DNA of 64,000 nt from Eledone cirrhosa (lineage: Eukaryota). Every line of letters starts with the position of its first letter. Position 1 is the stretch's first letter. A program made the position numbers and the translations under genes. The notes under the pieces are model-generated. The model worked only from the letters and a program-made list of their open reading frames with translations. It was not told where the DNA came from and did not search any database. This document shows, in pieces, positions 1 through 13,293 of the stretch. The DNA is taken from the NCBI GenBank assembly GCA_964016885.1, contig OZ024747.1, positions 93,682,001-93,746,000 of the forward strand, read 5' to 3'.

Positions 1-473
1 AAAAACCACCCCTATCCAACCAGATACACATATACAACACACCAGAGTACTGCTACAATGTCATCCTAAATACACAATCTCTCCCACTCAGCATAAAAAT
101 CATTTACACAGCCTCACTGACCCCAAACTCTGTTCTGAGATGCAAGACTCTATCAATACGTGCTGAGGAACTGCAACTGTTACTCTCTGACCGAGTCTAA
201 CTGGCCCATCTCCACTGTAGTCACAAATTGAATCTATGTGTATACAAAAATATACAAGACAGTGGAGGGAATGCAGTATGTCCAGTTGTTTCACTCTACC
301 CCCCCCCCCCCCCCATACGATTTATCTGTGTGCAGCATGTTTCTCAGCTAGGGATATATATGGTATAACCCTTTCGTTGCCATATTTCTAATAAAAGACA
401 CTGCCTGGTGGTTTTTGAATAATTAAGGATTTTTTGGAGGGATTTAGTATAATATATTAACTTTCACATTATT

Positions 474-867
474 GTAGATTGGCAGTATCAGTAGAGCATT
501 GAACAACATGCTTTGTGGCATAGAATTACGGCCCTTTATGTTCTGAGTTCAAATCCTGCTGAGGTTTCATCCTTACAGAGTTGATAAAATAAAATACTAG
601 TCACTTACTGGGGTCAATTTAATCAACTTTCCGCTCCCCTAATTGGCCTTGTGCCGATGTCAGAAATCATTATTAAACTGGTGGATTGGCAGTATCGGTA
701 GAGGGTCAGAGGCCATGCTTTCCAGCATAGCTATGTCCCTTTACGATCTGAGTTCAAATGCCGCTGAGGTTGACTTTGCCTTTCATCCTTACGGGGTCGT
801 TAAAATAAAGTACCAGTAATGCACTGGGTAATTGCTGGCCTTGTGCCTAAAGTAGAAACAATTATTA
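474..867 (+). mobile_element. Two tandem copies of a ~190 bp tRNA-derived SINE (dominant family of the window)
   Basis: A-box-like TGGCAGTATCGG, B-box GTTCAAATCC, core TTGCCTTTCATCCTTACGGGGTCGATAAAATAAAGTACCAG, tail GGCCTTGTGCC..AGTAGAAACAATTATT; ~20 copies in the window. Confidence 0.9.
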
Positions 868-1354
868 AACTGGTGTTTGTAGCATAACTTAACAAAGGTT
901 CTTACTTAAAATTACAGTGGAAAGTTTTTAGATAAATACAAAATAAATAGCTTTGTATCATAGAACCAGGGATAGTTTCCAGCGATTTGATATCAAAAAT
1001 TATAATTGGAAAGATGGATTGTGCTAACTGCCTGCATGATATAAAACTGCTCAATTTGATGTGACCTGAGTCTATACATATATACATCAACAATCAAGAA
1101 CTAACCAATCTTGAAGAAATAAAGCACCCCATTGTAATTTAGACAACAATAACTTTTTATAATTCCTACATTATATTTTAGAAAAGTGTTACATTCACAG
1201 ATTGAATTGGCATGATATAAGTGTTTCTGGGGAATTCAATTTTTCAAGGTTACTGCACAAACATTTGACAAAATAACCAAGTGAAGTAATAGTTATAAGT
1301 ACAAATAGGAGTGTATAATCAGAGTATAGCAGCTGTAAATTATAAAGCTTCTTC

Positions 1355-1632
1355 TTCTTCACCCACTTATTCCTGAGAGGGTCACGGGGTAGAGTTCTCA
1401 AACACACTTCCAGTAGGTCTTGTCAGAAACAACCATTTTCATCTGATCCAGCAGGATCCCCAATTGAGACCTTCCAAGCTCATGGATGTTATCCAACCAT
1501 CTTGCTCTGGGTCTCCTGCCAGTTGGTTTTGCCCGTAAAAAATCTTCCAGCGATTCTTTCCTGAGACATTCTAACCACATGCCCTTAGTATTGGAGCTAA
1601 TCGCCTTCTTTTTCACCGACTTTGGACGAAAT
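1355..1632 (-). mobile_element. RTE-clade LINE 3' fragment
   Basis: Translates to AKPTGRRPRARWLDNIHELG, an RTE C-terminal motif; related pieces near 14760-15220, 38490-38650 and 51270-51420. Confidence 0.7.
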
Positions 1633-2734
1633 GTTAACACTCTAAGTCAGAGGTTCTCCCCCCCCCCCCCACACACACACACGTAACACCCTCAGCGGCC
1701 CCACCCTGTTTCCAGAGAGACTGCCTACATGCAAATTGTAAATAATTTATTATAAATAATATAATATATATTATGTATAAATAGATATTTTTTATTTTAC
1801 TATATTTATATATATGTATCATTTGATATTTAATATACTAATATATCATCTCTACCTCCCCTTTAGGCCCCAGCACCCCCTGGACCTTCTCAATGCCTCC
1901 CGAGGGGTGGTAGTGCCCACTTTGAGAACCTCTGCTCAAAGTCAATTCCTTTCACATTTTTATTTATGATTATATCTGGTACTTTATTTATCGACCCTGT
2001 AAGGATGAAAGACAAAGTAACCTTTGCAGGATTTGAACTCAGAGTGTAAAGAGATGTAACTTGTATACATAATATCGCTATGTATAAAAGATACTTGAAT
2101 ACAAAATATCATTGTTTATTTGGTATATTTTCAAGGTCCTACTTTTATTTTTATTTTTTAATGCCAAAGTTAGAATTGTTCTTTTCTCTTCTTTCAGTAA
2201 AGAATGAAATTCTAACCTATAGTATTTGTGGTGTACATGTAACTTAAGAAACACTTTTTAATTGCTATCAAACTCTCAGCATTGGCTTGATAACGTCAAT
2301 CAAAATATATATCCAAATCTTCAACCAGCCTATATCCTTATTGTACATTATAGTTTTTATTTATATATAGTGTGTGTTGACATTACATACAAAGTTTACA
2401 ATTGCATGTATTTAATAGTAATTTGTATTCACCAACAATGTTTCCGATTGCTGCTGTTGTTTAAACCAGAGTCAGCTCTGAATTACGATGTGTTGTTAAA
2501 AGTGAAATTGAGTAGATTAGTAATGCATACAAGGGAGACTGTATGTGTAATCAAACTTTGTATGTATGGTCCTTAACTCCCGATAGAGTCATAGGGGCGC
2601 CATATTGACATACAACGTTTCTTGGGCATTTTTTAAGCCTGGCAGATCCCATTCCTCTCCAGGCCTAAGTACAGCAGATTTCTTCCAGAGAAAGATAGAA
2701 AGTGAAAAAGAAATGAGAAAGAGATGTAGCAGAA

Positions 2735-2895
2735 GAATTGACTCCAGTACTAGACTGGTGCTTTTTTATCAACCTCGAAAGGATGAAAAGCAAAGTTGAC
2801 CTTAGTGGGATTTGAACTCAGAAAGCAGAGAGCTGGAACAAATACCATAAAACAAACATTCTATCCGATGTTCTAATGACTCTGCCAATTCGCCA
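2735..2895 (-). mobile_element. tRNA-derived SINE, diverged subfamily
   Basis: Same core as the main SINE; near-identical to 26733-26875. Confidence 0.75.
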
Positions 2896-3061
2896 CCTAT
2901 AATCAAACTTTACAGTACACCAAAGTTTATAGAATGTGCAGTGGTCACAAACAATGCATACCACAATGGAGAGTTTTGTCAACAAAAAAATAAATACCAA
3001 ATTTCTATTCAAGAGATGAGAAATGGATGATCTGCTGTTATAAAATTCAACAGTTTAGCTA

Positions 3062-3265
3062 TGCCCAAATCTATTCTTCAGCTAGCTTGGACTCAACAAT
3101 CTCCCAACATCTATTTTCCAAACACTGAGCATGAGGAGGCTTAACAAGGAGATCCCTCTATAATTAGAGCAATTTCTCTTGTCTCCCTTTTTGTAAATTG
3201 GGATTATCACTCCTGACTGCCATTGCTTAGATGCCTTTCCAGACATCCAGGCCAACTGGCACACA
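3062..3265 (-). mobile_element. LINE reverse transcriptase fragment
   Basis: WQSGVIIPIYKKGDKRNCSNYRGISLLS, the N-terminal motif of non-LTR RT. Confidence 0.85.
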
Positions 3266-3348
3266 CATGTATGTATACCTTGCATTTCAAATAATCCAAA
3301 ATGGTGTAAGGTGCACTATTAACTGATATACAAACATATATACATACA

Positions 3349-3388
<40 letters not shown>

Positions 3389-3736
3389 TGCATACTTTAT
3401 GTTCAGATCTACTGATCATGGTAGTCCACAATATTGATAATAATGTATATATATATATAATTATATTTATTCAGTTTCTTACAACATAGTTATGATGTTT
3501 CAGCAAATTGAACAATCGGATAACTATGACATTTCAACTAAGCAATATTGTAAGAAACTGATTAAATCAAACACATACACACACATACATATATATACAT
3601 ATATTTACATACACATATTTACATACATATATATGTATGTATGTGTTTATACATATATATATATATACACATATACAAGGGCGGTGCCCCAGCATGGCCT
3701 CAGCTGGAATATATATATTCATATATATATATACAT

Positions 3737-3769
<33 letters not shown>

Positions 3770-3909
3770 CACACATACACACACATACACATATATATAT
3801 ATATATACACATACACACACATACATATATACCCATACATATATACCCATATACACATACATATATGTACATATATATACACATACATATATATACATTC
3901 ATATATATC

Positions 3910-4310
3910 AAGGAGAGATGACCCCTTAGCCTTTGTCAAGGCAGAATTCTAGAAGGAAAACTCTGGTATAACACCTGCAACCCTGATGGTATCCAATGAT
4001 GTTGACTTGTTCTTTTTGGTAAATATCATCTTGGTTAAGAGAGTGGGACTGGCTTTGTGCAGTGCCTTTGCTCACTATAAAAGCTTCACGGCACAGGCAT
4101 TGCTTTATATCTGGAGATCTCTCTGCACTTGTCACATGGTACCATGGGCCCAGCACTGTGTGTCAATAATTGTCACAAGTGCAGTGTTTGTACCAGAGTT
4201 TTTAAGTCGCTGGCTGGACTAAAAAGTCACACTCGTTCAGCGCATCGGTAGGGGTTCTCCTACATGGATCTAAAGTAGTGGCCGTACTCGAAAACGAGTT
4301 GGCAGTCACC
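3910..4310 (+). mobile_element. Partial copy of a non-autonomous RTE-5'UTR-derived element
   Basis: Near-identical to 15769-16165; contains CTAGAAGGAAAACTCTG; flanked by TA/CA microsatellite. Confidence 0.65.
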
Positions 4311-4341
<31 letters not shown>

Positions 4342-4938
4342 CATATATGTACATATATATATATACATATACACATATACATATATACATATATATATAT
4401 ATATACACATATATATATATATACACATATATATATATACACACATATATATATATACACATATATATATATACACATACATATATACACATACATATAT
4501 GCACATACATATATATACACATATATATATATACACATATATATATACAAATACACACATACATATATACACATACATATATATATATACATATATATAT
4601 ACATATATATATATATACACATACATATATATATATACACATACATATATATATATACACATACATATATATATATACACATACATATATATATAAACAT
4701 ACATATATATATAAACATACATATATATATATATACACATACATATATATATATACATATATATATATATACACATACATATATATATAAACATATATAT
4801 ATATATATATACATACATACATATATAAACATACATATATATATATATATATATACATACATACATACATAAACATACATATATATATAAACATACATAT
4901 ATATATATATAAACATACATATATATATATATATATAT
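4311..4938. repeat. Compound (TA)n/(CA)n/(TACA)n microsatellite
   Basis: Directly visible; source of spurious Y/I/M/C/V-rich ORFs. Confidence 0.95.
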
Positions 4939-5135
4939 GTAGATAAATCTACCAAGAGTTTACGGTAGTGTCCAATCCGTATGAAGAACTCAATGTAATC
5001 CGGATATCATGGAAAGAAGAGATGCATTCAAAAATCACTTTCGGTGAAAGATAAACGGAATACAGAGTCAAGATAAAGTATTAAAAAAATAATGAATAAA
5101 ACAATGAAACAGTTCCTTATATTAAACAAAAAAAG

Positions 5136-5289
5136 TTCATTATTTAACGATCGTTTCTAGGACATATATGTGTTAGAATTGGCATGCATATTCAACAGAT
5201 CTATGTACAAAATTATACAAAATTATACAAACTATCAAATATAATATACATACCAAACACATACATATGCCGTCTTCAGAAATAATGAA
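5136..5289 (-). ncRNA. Type I hammerhead ribozyme with 115-nt stem II
   Basis: TTCATTATTT-CTGAAGA-[115 nt]-GAAA-CGATCG-TT-AAATAATGAA; perfect 10-bp stem I, palindromic stem III, GUU site. Confidence 0.7.
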
Positions 5290-5635
5290 ATATATTTATT
5301 GATAATAACAACAATTCAAAATTACAGGTCTGTTTGGGAACAGAGTTCAAATTGACCAATGAAATACACAAAAATATATCAAGAAAATACAGTTAGGTGT
5401 GTGTATATATGTAAGTAACTTCGTTCACAGATATGCATAAAAATATATGTTCACATGCATACGCATGTCGAAAAAATGTATGTAAATACAAAAATTCAGG
5501 GCTATATGTCTCTGTATGTTTATAATCTACAGATAAAATACACATACGTATATAAACATATATACATTCATATATACACACATATACATACATTCACACA
5601 CACACGCGCGCATATACACATAAACATACACACGA

Positions 5636-5675
<40 letters not shown>

Positions 5676-5869
5676 GTATATATTATTATTATAACTATAT
5701 GGATATTAAGGCGCACACATAAACACTGCCACATATATTTTTACATCTAGATGCAGAAGTAGGAAGGGGGGTCAGTAATTACTAAGGGTGTCAGAGAACT
5801 GCCTATTTATAAAATGTATCTATAAATTTAGAAATAAAAAGAAATATATTAAAAAAAAAAATATAAACA

Positions 5870-5904
5870 AGTAAAATATATACTCATACATAAAATACAC
5901 ACCG

Positions 5905-5981
<77 letters not shown>

Positions 5982-6390
5982 CATACATACATATATATAT
6001 ATAGAGACACATACATATACATATATAAATACATAGACACACATACATACACACATATATATATACATATATTCACAACACACATATATATATACACACA
6101 TACATATATATACATATATACATACACATACATATATATACACACATATATATATATATACACATACACACACATATATATACACACACACACACATACA
6201 TATACGTATATATACACACACATACACATATCCATGTATGTATATACACATACAACCACACGCTCACACAACTCACACATACATAAATAAAGAGATATAC
6301 ATACACACATATACATATATATATATATATATATAGATATATACATACACATAAATATATATACACACACACACACACATATACATACAC

Positions 6391-6421
<31 letters not shown>

Positions 6422-6541
6422 TAAATAAATAAATACACACAGTCAGACAATAATGCACACATATATATATATACATACATATATATACACATATATACAT
6501 ATACATATATATATATACTCATACATAAAATACACACCGAT

Positions 6542-6588
<47 letters not shown>

Positions 6589-7187
6589 CATACATACATA
6601 TATAGAGACACATACATATACATATATAAATACATAGACACATATACATACACACATATATATATACATATATTCACAACACACATACATATATACACAA
6701 ATATGTACATACACATACACACATACATATATATACATATATACATACACACACATATATACACACATATATATATATATATATACATACACACACATAT
6801 ATATACACACACACACACATACATATACGTATATATACACACACATACACATATCCATGTATGTATATACACATATAACCACACAACTCAGACATACATA
6901 AATAAAGAGATATACATACACACATATACATATATATATATATATAGATATATACATACACATAAAAATATATATACACACACACACACACATATACATA
7001 CACATATATATATATATATATACACATATATATATATATATATATAAAAAAATAAATAAATAAATAAATAAATACACACAGTCAGACAATTATGCACACA
7101 TATATATATATATACATACACACATCTCTACAAATATATATACACATACACACGCACACATACATATATACATACACACATATATAT
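5870..7187. repeat. Compound microsatellite with an internal ~640 bp tandem duplication
   Basis: Unique anchors (CTCATACATAAAATACACACCGAT, ATCCATGTATG, ACAGTCAGACAAT) each occur twice ~640 bp apart. Confidence 0.85.
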
Positions 7188-8868
7188 CATCATCATCATC
7201 ATCATCAACGTTTAACGTCCGTGTTCCACGCTTGCATGGGTTTGGACGGGGGTAGTCCCACTTGAGGCAAGAGTGATTGTCTTGCTCGCATAGGACTGTC
7301 TGGCAGGTTTTCTACAGTTGGATGCCCTTCCTAACACCAACCACATTTACAGTGTGGGTCTGGGAGGTTTTTACCGTGTTGCCTACATGGCCACATTACA
7401 GCGTGGACTGTGTGTTTTTTTGTCGTGACACCTACACGATCTCATTTGTTTCGGCCTGGATGGCGCGGCACCAACATAACTTTACATAGAACGGGGTGGT
7501 GTGGATGGGGTGGGGGTGGTGGTGGTGGGACGGGGTGTATTTTGTTAGAGATGCCTACTGGCTGGAGTAGGTTTTACTATATATTTAGGTAAGGCGGGTC
7601 TTCTCTGTTACTGAGTACCGCCAAAGGTCTCGGTCCAGTGACATTGTCTTGGAGAGGTGTAAGTGTGTGATGTCGGAGTTTATCAGCTCGTCCCAGGATT
7701 TTCTAGGTCTGCCTATTCCGTGACTACCGTCTATCTTTATTGCCCTGCACTTTGTTATACAGCTATCGACTTTCATGCGCATCACGTGTCCATACCAACG
7801 TAGCCTTCTCTCGAGTAAACAACATCTGATCCCTCTTATCTCTAATTTTTTCCTTAGTTCGTTTATGCTTTGCCGTTCACGTATATTACTGTTACACATC
7901 CAGCGGAGCATGCAAGCTTCGTTCTTCTCTAGTCTGCGTATATCCTCTGCACACAATGCCCAGGTCTCACTGCCATGCAGCATTGCTGTTCGTATGCAGG
8001 CATCGTACAACCTGCCTTTCATTTTTAAGGAGAACCCTTTAGCAGCTAATAGTGGTATAAGCTCTCTGAACTTTTTCCAACCAGTTCTGACTCTAGCTAC
8101 AGTACTTTCAGAGCACCCTCCCCCACTGCTGATTTTATCGCCCAGGTAACGGAAGCTGTCCACTATTTCTATAGAACCCTCTGCGCAATTGAAAGAGCTA
8201 GTATTTTGTGGGCACTTGCTGCTACTTATTGCACCAGAACACCGGCCACATGTAAAATCTATGTTCTTAGTTAGCTTACCTGTGATCCCACTACATCTTT
8301 TATGCACCCATACTTTGCATTTAGGACATAAAATGGAGTTTCTACCTACGCCTTTCCTACACACTGAGCACGACCATTTCCCAGAAGGGACCGCCGCCTT
8401 GTTTTCTTTCCTACAAACTAGAACTTTGGTCTTAGCCAGGTTAATTTTAAGTCCTTTTGACTCTAGGCCGTGCTTCCATGTTTGGAATTTCTTCTCTAGC
8501 TCGGCCATTGATTCCGCTATGAGTGTCAGGTCGTCTGCGTATAGGAGTTCCCATGGGCAGCCTGTCTTGAACTCCTCTGTTATAGCCTGAAGGGCAATAA
8601 TAAATAGTAGGGGGCTGAGAACAGAGCCCTGATGGACGCCAACTTTTACGCTAAACTCTTCACTATATTCGTTGTTAATTCTAACCTTGCTGACTGTTTC
8701 TTTATACATGGCTTGTATAGCCCTCACAAGCCATTCGTCAACGCCTAGTTTTCTAAGAGCCCACCAGATAATGGAGCGGGGGACTCTGTCGAAGGCTTTC
8801 TCCAAGTCGACAAAAGCTAAGTAGAGGGGTTTACCTTTAGCTAGGTACTTCTCCTGTAGTTGTCGTAA
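7188..8868 (-). mobile_element. 5'-truncated RTE-clade LINE: open RT reading frame (7585-8868) with PHD-like zinc finger, 3'UTR and (GAT)n tail
   Basis: FVDLEKAFDRV, GVHQGSVLSPLLF, LLYADDL, CSVC..CPKCKVWVHKRC..CGRC, RRLRWYGHVMR; (CAT)n at 7188-7206. Confidence 0.92.
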
Positions 8869-8913
8869 TATAGACATATATATACACACATATATATATA
8901 CATATATATACAT

Positions 8914-8946
<33 letters not shown>

Positions 8947-9214
8947 CAATCAAACACACTTATTTACATGCGCACATATGTATTTTTATACTCAGATACA
9001 AACACCCAAACATACATACCTACTTACATACACATACATACATCCACGCTTACAAATACAAATAATTATAGGGGGGGGGGGGGTTAAAATTATTAGTGGG
9101 AAATAGTAAATATAGGTTTCAAGGAACATAGAATATTAATCTGCATTTAGATCATAATATGTGTTTACATAGTAGTTTCAGTATTTGGAAATGTAAGAAA
9201 GAAGGCAAAATTAT

Positions 9215-10135
9215 GCATTTTAATATAAGTAGACTATTAATTATAGGTTAACTAAATTAAAAATAGTTAATATATTGATTTCTAAGGTGTATACTACTTA
9301 GGTTTATAATATTTGAAGCGGAATTTTGAAGTTAAACAGTAGTAGAGTATTAATTATAGCATAACTAAATTAAAAATATTAACATTATGGTATCAATATT
9401 AGGAAATGAATTTAGTAATAGGGAAAACCAAATCAAGTATTTCATCGGTAGTAGAATATAAATTATAGGTTAACTAAATTAAAAATTATATATTAATTTC
9501 TATAGTATATGTTAATTAGGTTTATAATAATTAAAGCAGATTTTGTATTTTATCTATAGTAGAATATAATTATAGGTTAACAAAAATTAAAATTAATATA
9601 TATATATATATATATATTTAATTGTAAAGAATATATTGATTAGGTATATATTTAAAAAATTTATCTCAGTTTATGATTACATGATATTCTGCAATCCATC
9701 TGTATTAGAATTTTAATTTTAAGCTAATTAAATTAAAATTATAGGTTAACTAAATTAAAATTAATTTATAAATAAATTTCTAAATTGTACATTAATTAGG
9801 TTTATAATATTAAAAAATATCTCTGTTATTGATTACACGATATTTTGTTATATTTCATCTGTAAAGGAATTTTAATAAAAGGTTAAATAAACTAAAATTA
9901 ATCTATAAATTAATTTACAAAGTATATATTAATTATGTTAATAATATTTAAAAGTTTTTCACAATTTATGATTACATAATATTTTTTAATCTCATCTGTA
10001 GTAGAATTTTAATTAAATTAAATTTATAGGTTAACTACATTTAAATTAAATTATATATTAATTTCTAAAATATATATTATTAATTAGGTTTATAATATTT
10101 AAATGTTTTTCTCAGTTTATGATTACACGATATAA
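9215..10135. repeat. Degenerate AT-rich tandem repeat (~120-150 bp units) derived from the 3' end of the GIY-YIG ORF
   Basis: Recurring ATTATAGGTTAACTAAATTAAAA, TTAGGTTTATAATATTTAA and TTTATGATTACA words. Confidence 0.75.
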
Positions 10136-10868
10136 TTAATTCCTGTCGCTTATTTAATAGGATATCCTTAGATTTCATTATTTCAAATAGTTCTTGGGAA
10201 CATAATCTACATTCATTTCTATTATTTTGATAAGGGGTGGCTCTTTTGAGCACACTCCAGGTCATATCATATTCTATATTCTTATTTCTATAACTATTAA
10301 TTTTTTCTGCTAGAGATGTTGTATTAGCCAGTGCGGCATTTTTAAAACTATGTTTGTGGGTATTAAACCTTACCTTAAAATTGTTAGAAGTAGCTCCTAT
10401 ATATGAGCAAATAGAATCTTTAGTTTTAACTTTACATTTATAAACTATGTTGTTAACAAGACAATTTCCTTTTAATGGGCAGTTTGCTTTGTTTCTACAG
10501 TTACAACCTTTCGTTAATTCTGTATTTGAGGAGATATTATGGTTAGTTTGATGTATTGGTGGTATACTTATGGTATTTTTACATTTATATGCATTATAGG
10601 CACTTATATTTTGTTTTATGTTTTTGGTTGTTGAGTATGAGAATTTAACTGTTGACCTATTTAAGATTTGATGGTATTTGTGGTTTGGCTGGAAGTTTTT
10701 CTCTAGGATATAAAAAAATTTTTTAGCAATATTATCCTTAATTTGTAAATTAAATGGAGCATTATACCAAGTAGCTCGTCTATTACGGTTTCTATGTTGT
10801 TTATTATTTTTATAGGTTGTATCGTGATGTTTACTAGGAGGATTAATGTTAATGACCTCACCACGCAC
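10080..10868 (-). CDS. Penelope-like (Naiad-type) C-terminal region: linker, Cys knuckle, GIY-YIG endonuclease (5'-truncated)
   Basis: WYNAPF, NRSTVKFSYS, CNCRNKANCPLKGNCL, NIVY..SYIG..FKVRFNTH, CRLC..E, LLNKRQE. Confidence 0.88.
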   Translation of the reverse strand: MRGEVININPPSKHHDTTYKNNKQHRNRNRRATWYNAPFNLQIKDNIAKKFFYILEKNFQPNHKYHQILNRSTVKFSYSTTKNIKQNISAYNAYKCKNTISIPPIHQTNHNISSNTELTKGCNCRNKANCPLKGNCLVNNIVYKCKVKTKDSICSYIGATSNNFKVRFNTHKHSFKNAALANTTSLAEKINSYRNKNIEYDMTWSVLKRATPYQNNRNECRLCSQELFEIMKSKDILLNKRQELIISCNHKLRKTFKYYKPN

Positions 10869-10942
10869 ATTTTTAGTTAGATTTATTGATTTAGGTGTTT
10901 TATTTTGTTTATTAGGAGTTTTATTATTAACATTTATTAGAG

Positions 10943-11013
<71 letters not shown>

Positions 11014-11353
11014 CGTGGGTATGTGTATGTTTGTGTATATGCGCGTGTGTGTGTGAATGTATGTATGTATATGTGTGTATATATGAATGTATATATACGT
11101 ATATGTATTTTATCTGTAGATTATAAACATAGAGACATTAGCCCTGAATTTTTGTATTTACATACATTTTTTCGACATGCGTATGCATGTGAACATATAT
11201 TTTTATGCATATCTGTGAACGAAGTTACTTACATATATACACACACCTAACTGTATTTTCTTGATATATTTTTGTGTATTTCATTGGTCAATTTGAACTC
11301 TGTTCCCAAACAGACCTGTAATTTTGAATTGTTGTTATTATCAATAAATATAT

Positions 11354-11504
11354 TTCATTATTTCTGAAGACGGCATATGTATGTGTTTGGTATGTATATT
11401 ATATTTGATAGTTTGTATAATTTTGTATAATTTTGTACATAGATCTGTTGAATATGCATGCCAATTCTAACACATATATGTCCTAGAAACGATCGTTAAA
11501 TAAT
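11354..11504 (+). ncRNA. Second (inverted) copy of the long-stem-II hammerhead; stem I shortened to 7 bp by a SINE insertion
   Basis: CTGAAGA 11364-11370, GAAA 11486-11489, CGATCGTT-AAATAAT then SINE. Confidence 0.65.
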
Positions 11505-11607
11505 TGTTTCTACTTTTGGCACAAGGCCATCAATTACCCAGTGTATTACTGGTACTTTATTTTATCGACCCCGTAAGGATGAAAGGCAAAGTGAACCTCG
11601 GCGGGAT
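11505..11607 (-). mobile_element. 5'-truncated SINE inserted in the pseudo-LTR
   Basis: Absent from the other repeat arm; ATAAT duplicated on both sides. Confidence 0.9.
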
Positions 11608-12559
11608 ATAATGAACTTTTTTTGTTTAATATAAGGAACTGTTTCATTGTTTTATTCATTATTTTTTTAATACTTTATATATATATATATATATATATAC
11701 ACATACATATATATATATACACATACATATATATATAAACATACATATATATAAACATACATATATATATAAACATAAACATACATAGATAAACATACAT
11801 ATATATAAACATACATATATACATCCATATGTAAGCAGATAAATACAAGCAAAGAAAATATGTAAGACCTTTCTAAAAGCTAGCCTGTAATTATATACTG
11901 TTGCTACATAAATTCCAGTGGTGGAGATTTGATTGAGCGAACTTATGATCAATGGTATTTCAGTCATGACCATCTTATATTTACTTGTACTGCTTTGAGT
12001 TACTTTATTCTGTAGTAAAATATATAATATAGACACAAGGAGTTAGTCTACTAAATTCACTTTAGTACTTGATTGGTGCTTTATTTGGAGTAACTATAGT
12101 TTAATACACAAAACCTGACTGTTTTCCCATACCTATATTTTTAATAAGATTTCCTAGAGATATTTTTTTGAAGGTGTAAATTACGAAAATTACTATTAAA
12201 AATCAAACTATGATATACAAAATAGTATAAATAGAGCTACCAATTTGATAGGTTATTTTCAACACAAATGAAGATGACAGACATTAAGAAATGATTGAGA
12301 TATTTAAAAATTCCTTGTCACAACAACCTCCAAACACTTCCTTTTAGATAACTTTTTATAATGTGATGTTACACATTGTGATCTACAGTTATGATAAAAT
12401 TAGGAAACAAATTTAATTAAGATCATTTTATCATAACATTATGAACCAGATTTTATTAATCAACTTTAATCAAGTATTTGGGCAGACTTTCCGATAATTT
12501 GAAAAACAGCAGTGATAAATAGGACATATTAGAAAGGATAGAGGCTGTGTTTCTTCCTT

Positions 12560-12830
12560 GCACATTGGTTGGTTTTCAAAGAATGCTATGTGTATATTCT
12601 TCAGTCTTCTCTTATGAAAAAATTCATGTTAGTTGCTTCTCTCCCAGTCTGGGTAGTTCTCAGTAAATAGATTTATGATTTCCTTAAATTTGGTAATGAA
12701 GTTACTGAGAAATTCAGTAGTAAGAATACTTTTTGGTATTACTGGTTCTATAATAAGGTCTTCTGGCTCATTTTGGATGCATTGCTGAGCCAACTCCTGC
12801 AGCTCTTCAACAGATAACATTTTACTATGA
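12560..12830 (-). mobile_element. Degraded pogo/Tigger-like transposase C-terminal remnant
   Basis: LSVEELQEL..acidic tract..INLFTENYPDWERS resembles Tigger C-termini. Confidence 0.4.
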
Positions 12831-12928
12831 GATTTTCAACGATATAGACTACAAAGACAAATAGAAAGTATTAATTAATTTTTTTTATTTTTTAAAGTTG
12901 ACAAAGATTTATTGGAAGTCTATAATAA

Positions 12929-13293
12929 ATGTTTCTACTTTTGGCACAAGGCCAGCAATTATCCCAGTGCATTACTGGTGCTGTATTTTATAGATCTCGT
13001 AGGGATGAAAGTCAAAACTAACCTCAGCAGGATTTGAACTGAGAATGTAAAGGGCCATAATTCTTTGTTGCAAAGTATGGTGTCTGATGCTCTACCAGTA
13101 CTGCTAATAATTGTTTCTACGTTAGGCACAAGGCCAGCAATTACCCAGTGTATTACTGGTACTTTATTTTATCGACCCCCGTAAGGATGAAAGGCAAAGT
13201 TAACCTCGGTGGGATTTGAACTCAGAATAGCAAGGGCCGTAACTCTATGCTTCAAAGCATGGCGTCCGACCTACCAATACTGCCAATCCACCG
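12929..13293 (-). mobile_element. Two tandem SINE copies
   Basis: Reverse complement of the SINE consensus twice. Confidence 0.9.

Larger units (their letters stand above)
4960..11678 (-). mobile_element. 5'-truncated Penelope-like element (Naiad-type) with an inverted 5' pseudo-LTR
   Basis: GIY-YIG ORF at 10080-10868; ~600 bp inverted repeats 5073-5670 and 10945-11678, each with a hammerhead motif; TA-microsatellite flanks; nested RTE and SINE. Confidence 0.75.

Noticed and set aside
3492-7121. Many long ORFs (up to 338 aa) rich in Y/I/M/C/V/H/T, also at 36255-37509 and 61277-61625
   Set aside because: Translations of TA/CA microsatellites, which lack stop codons
10080-10868. Selenocysteine recoding, reported for some Naiad elements
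   Set aside because: No in-frame TGA in the visible ORF and no SECIS recognised
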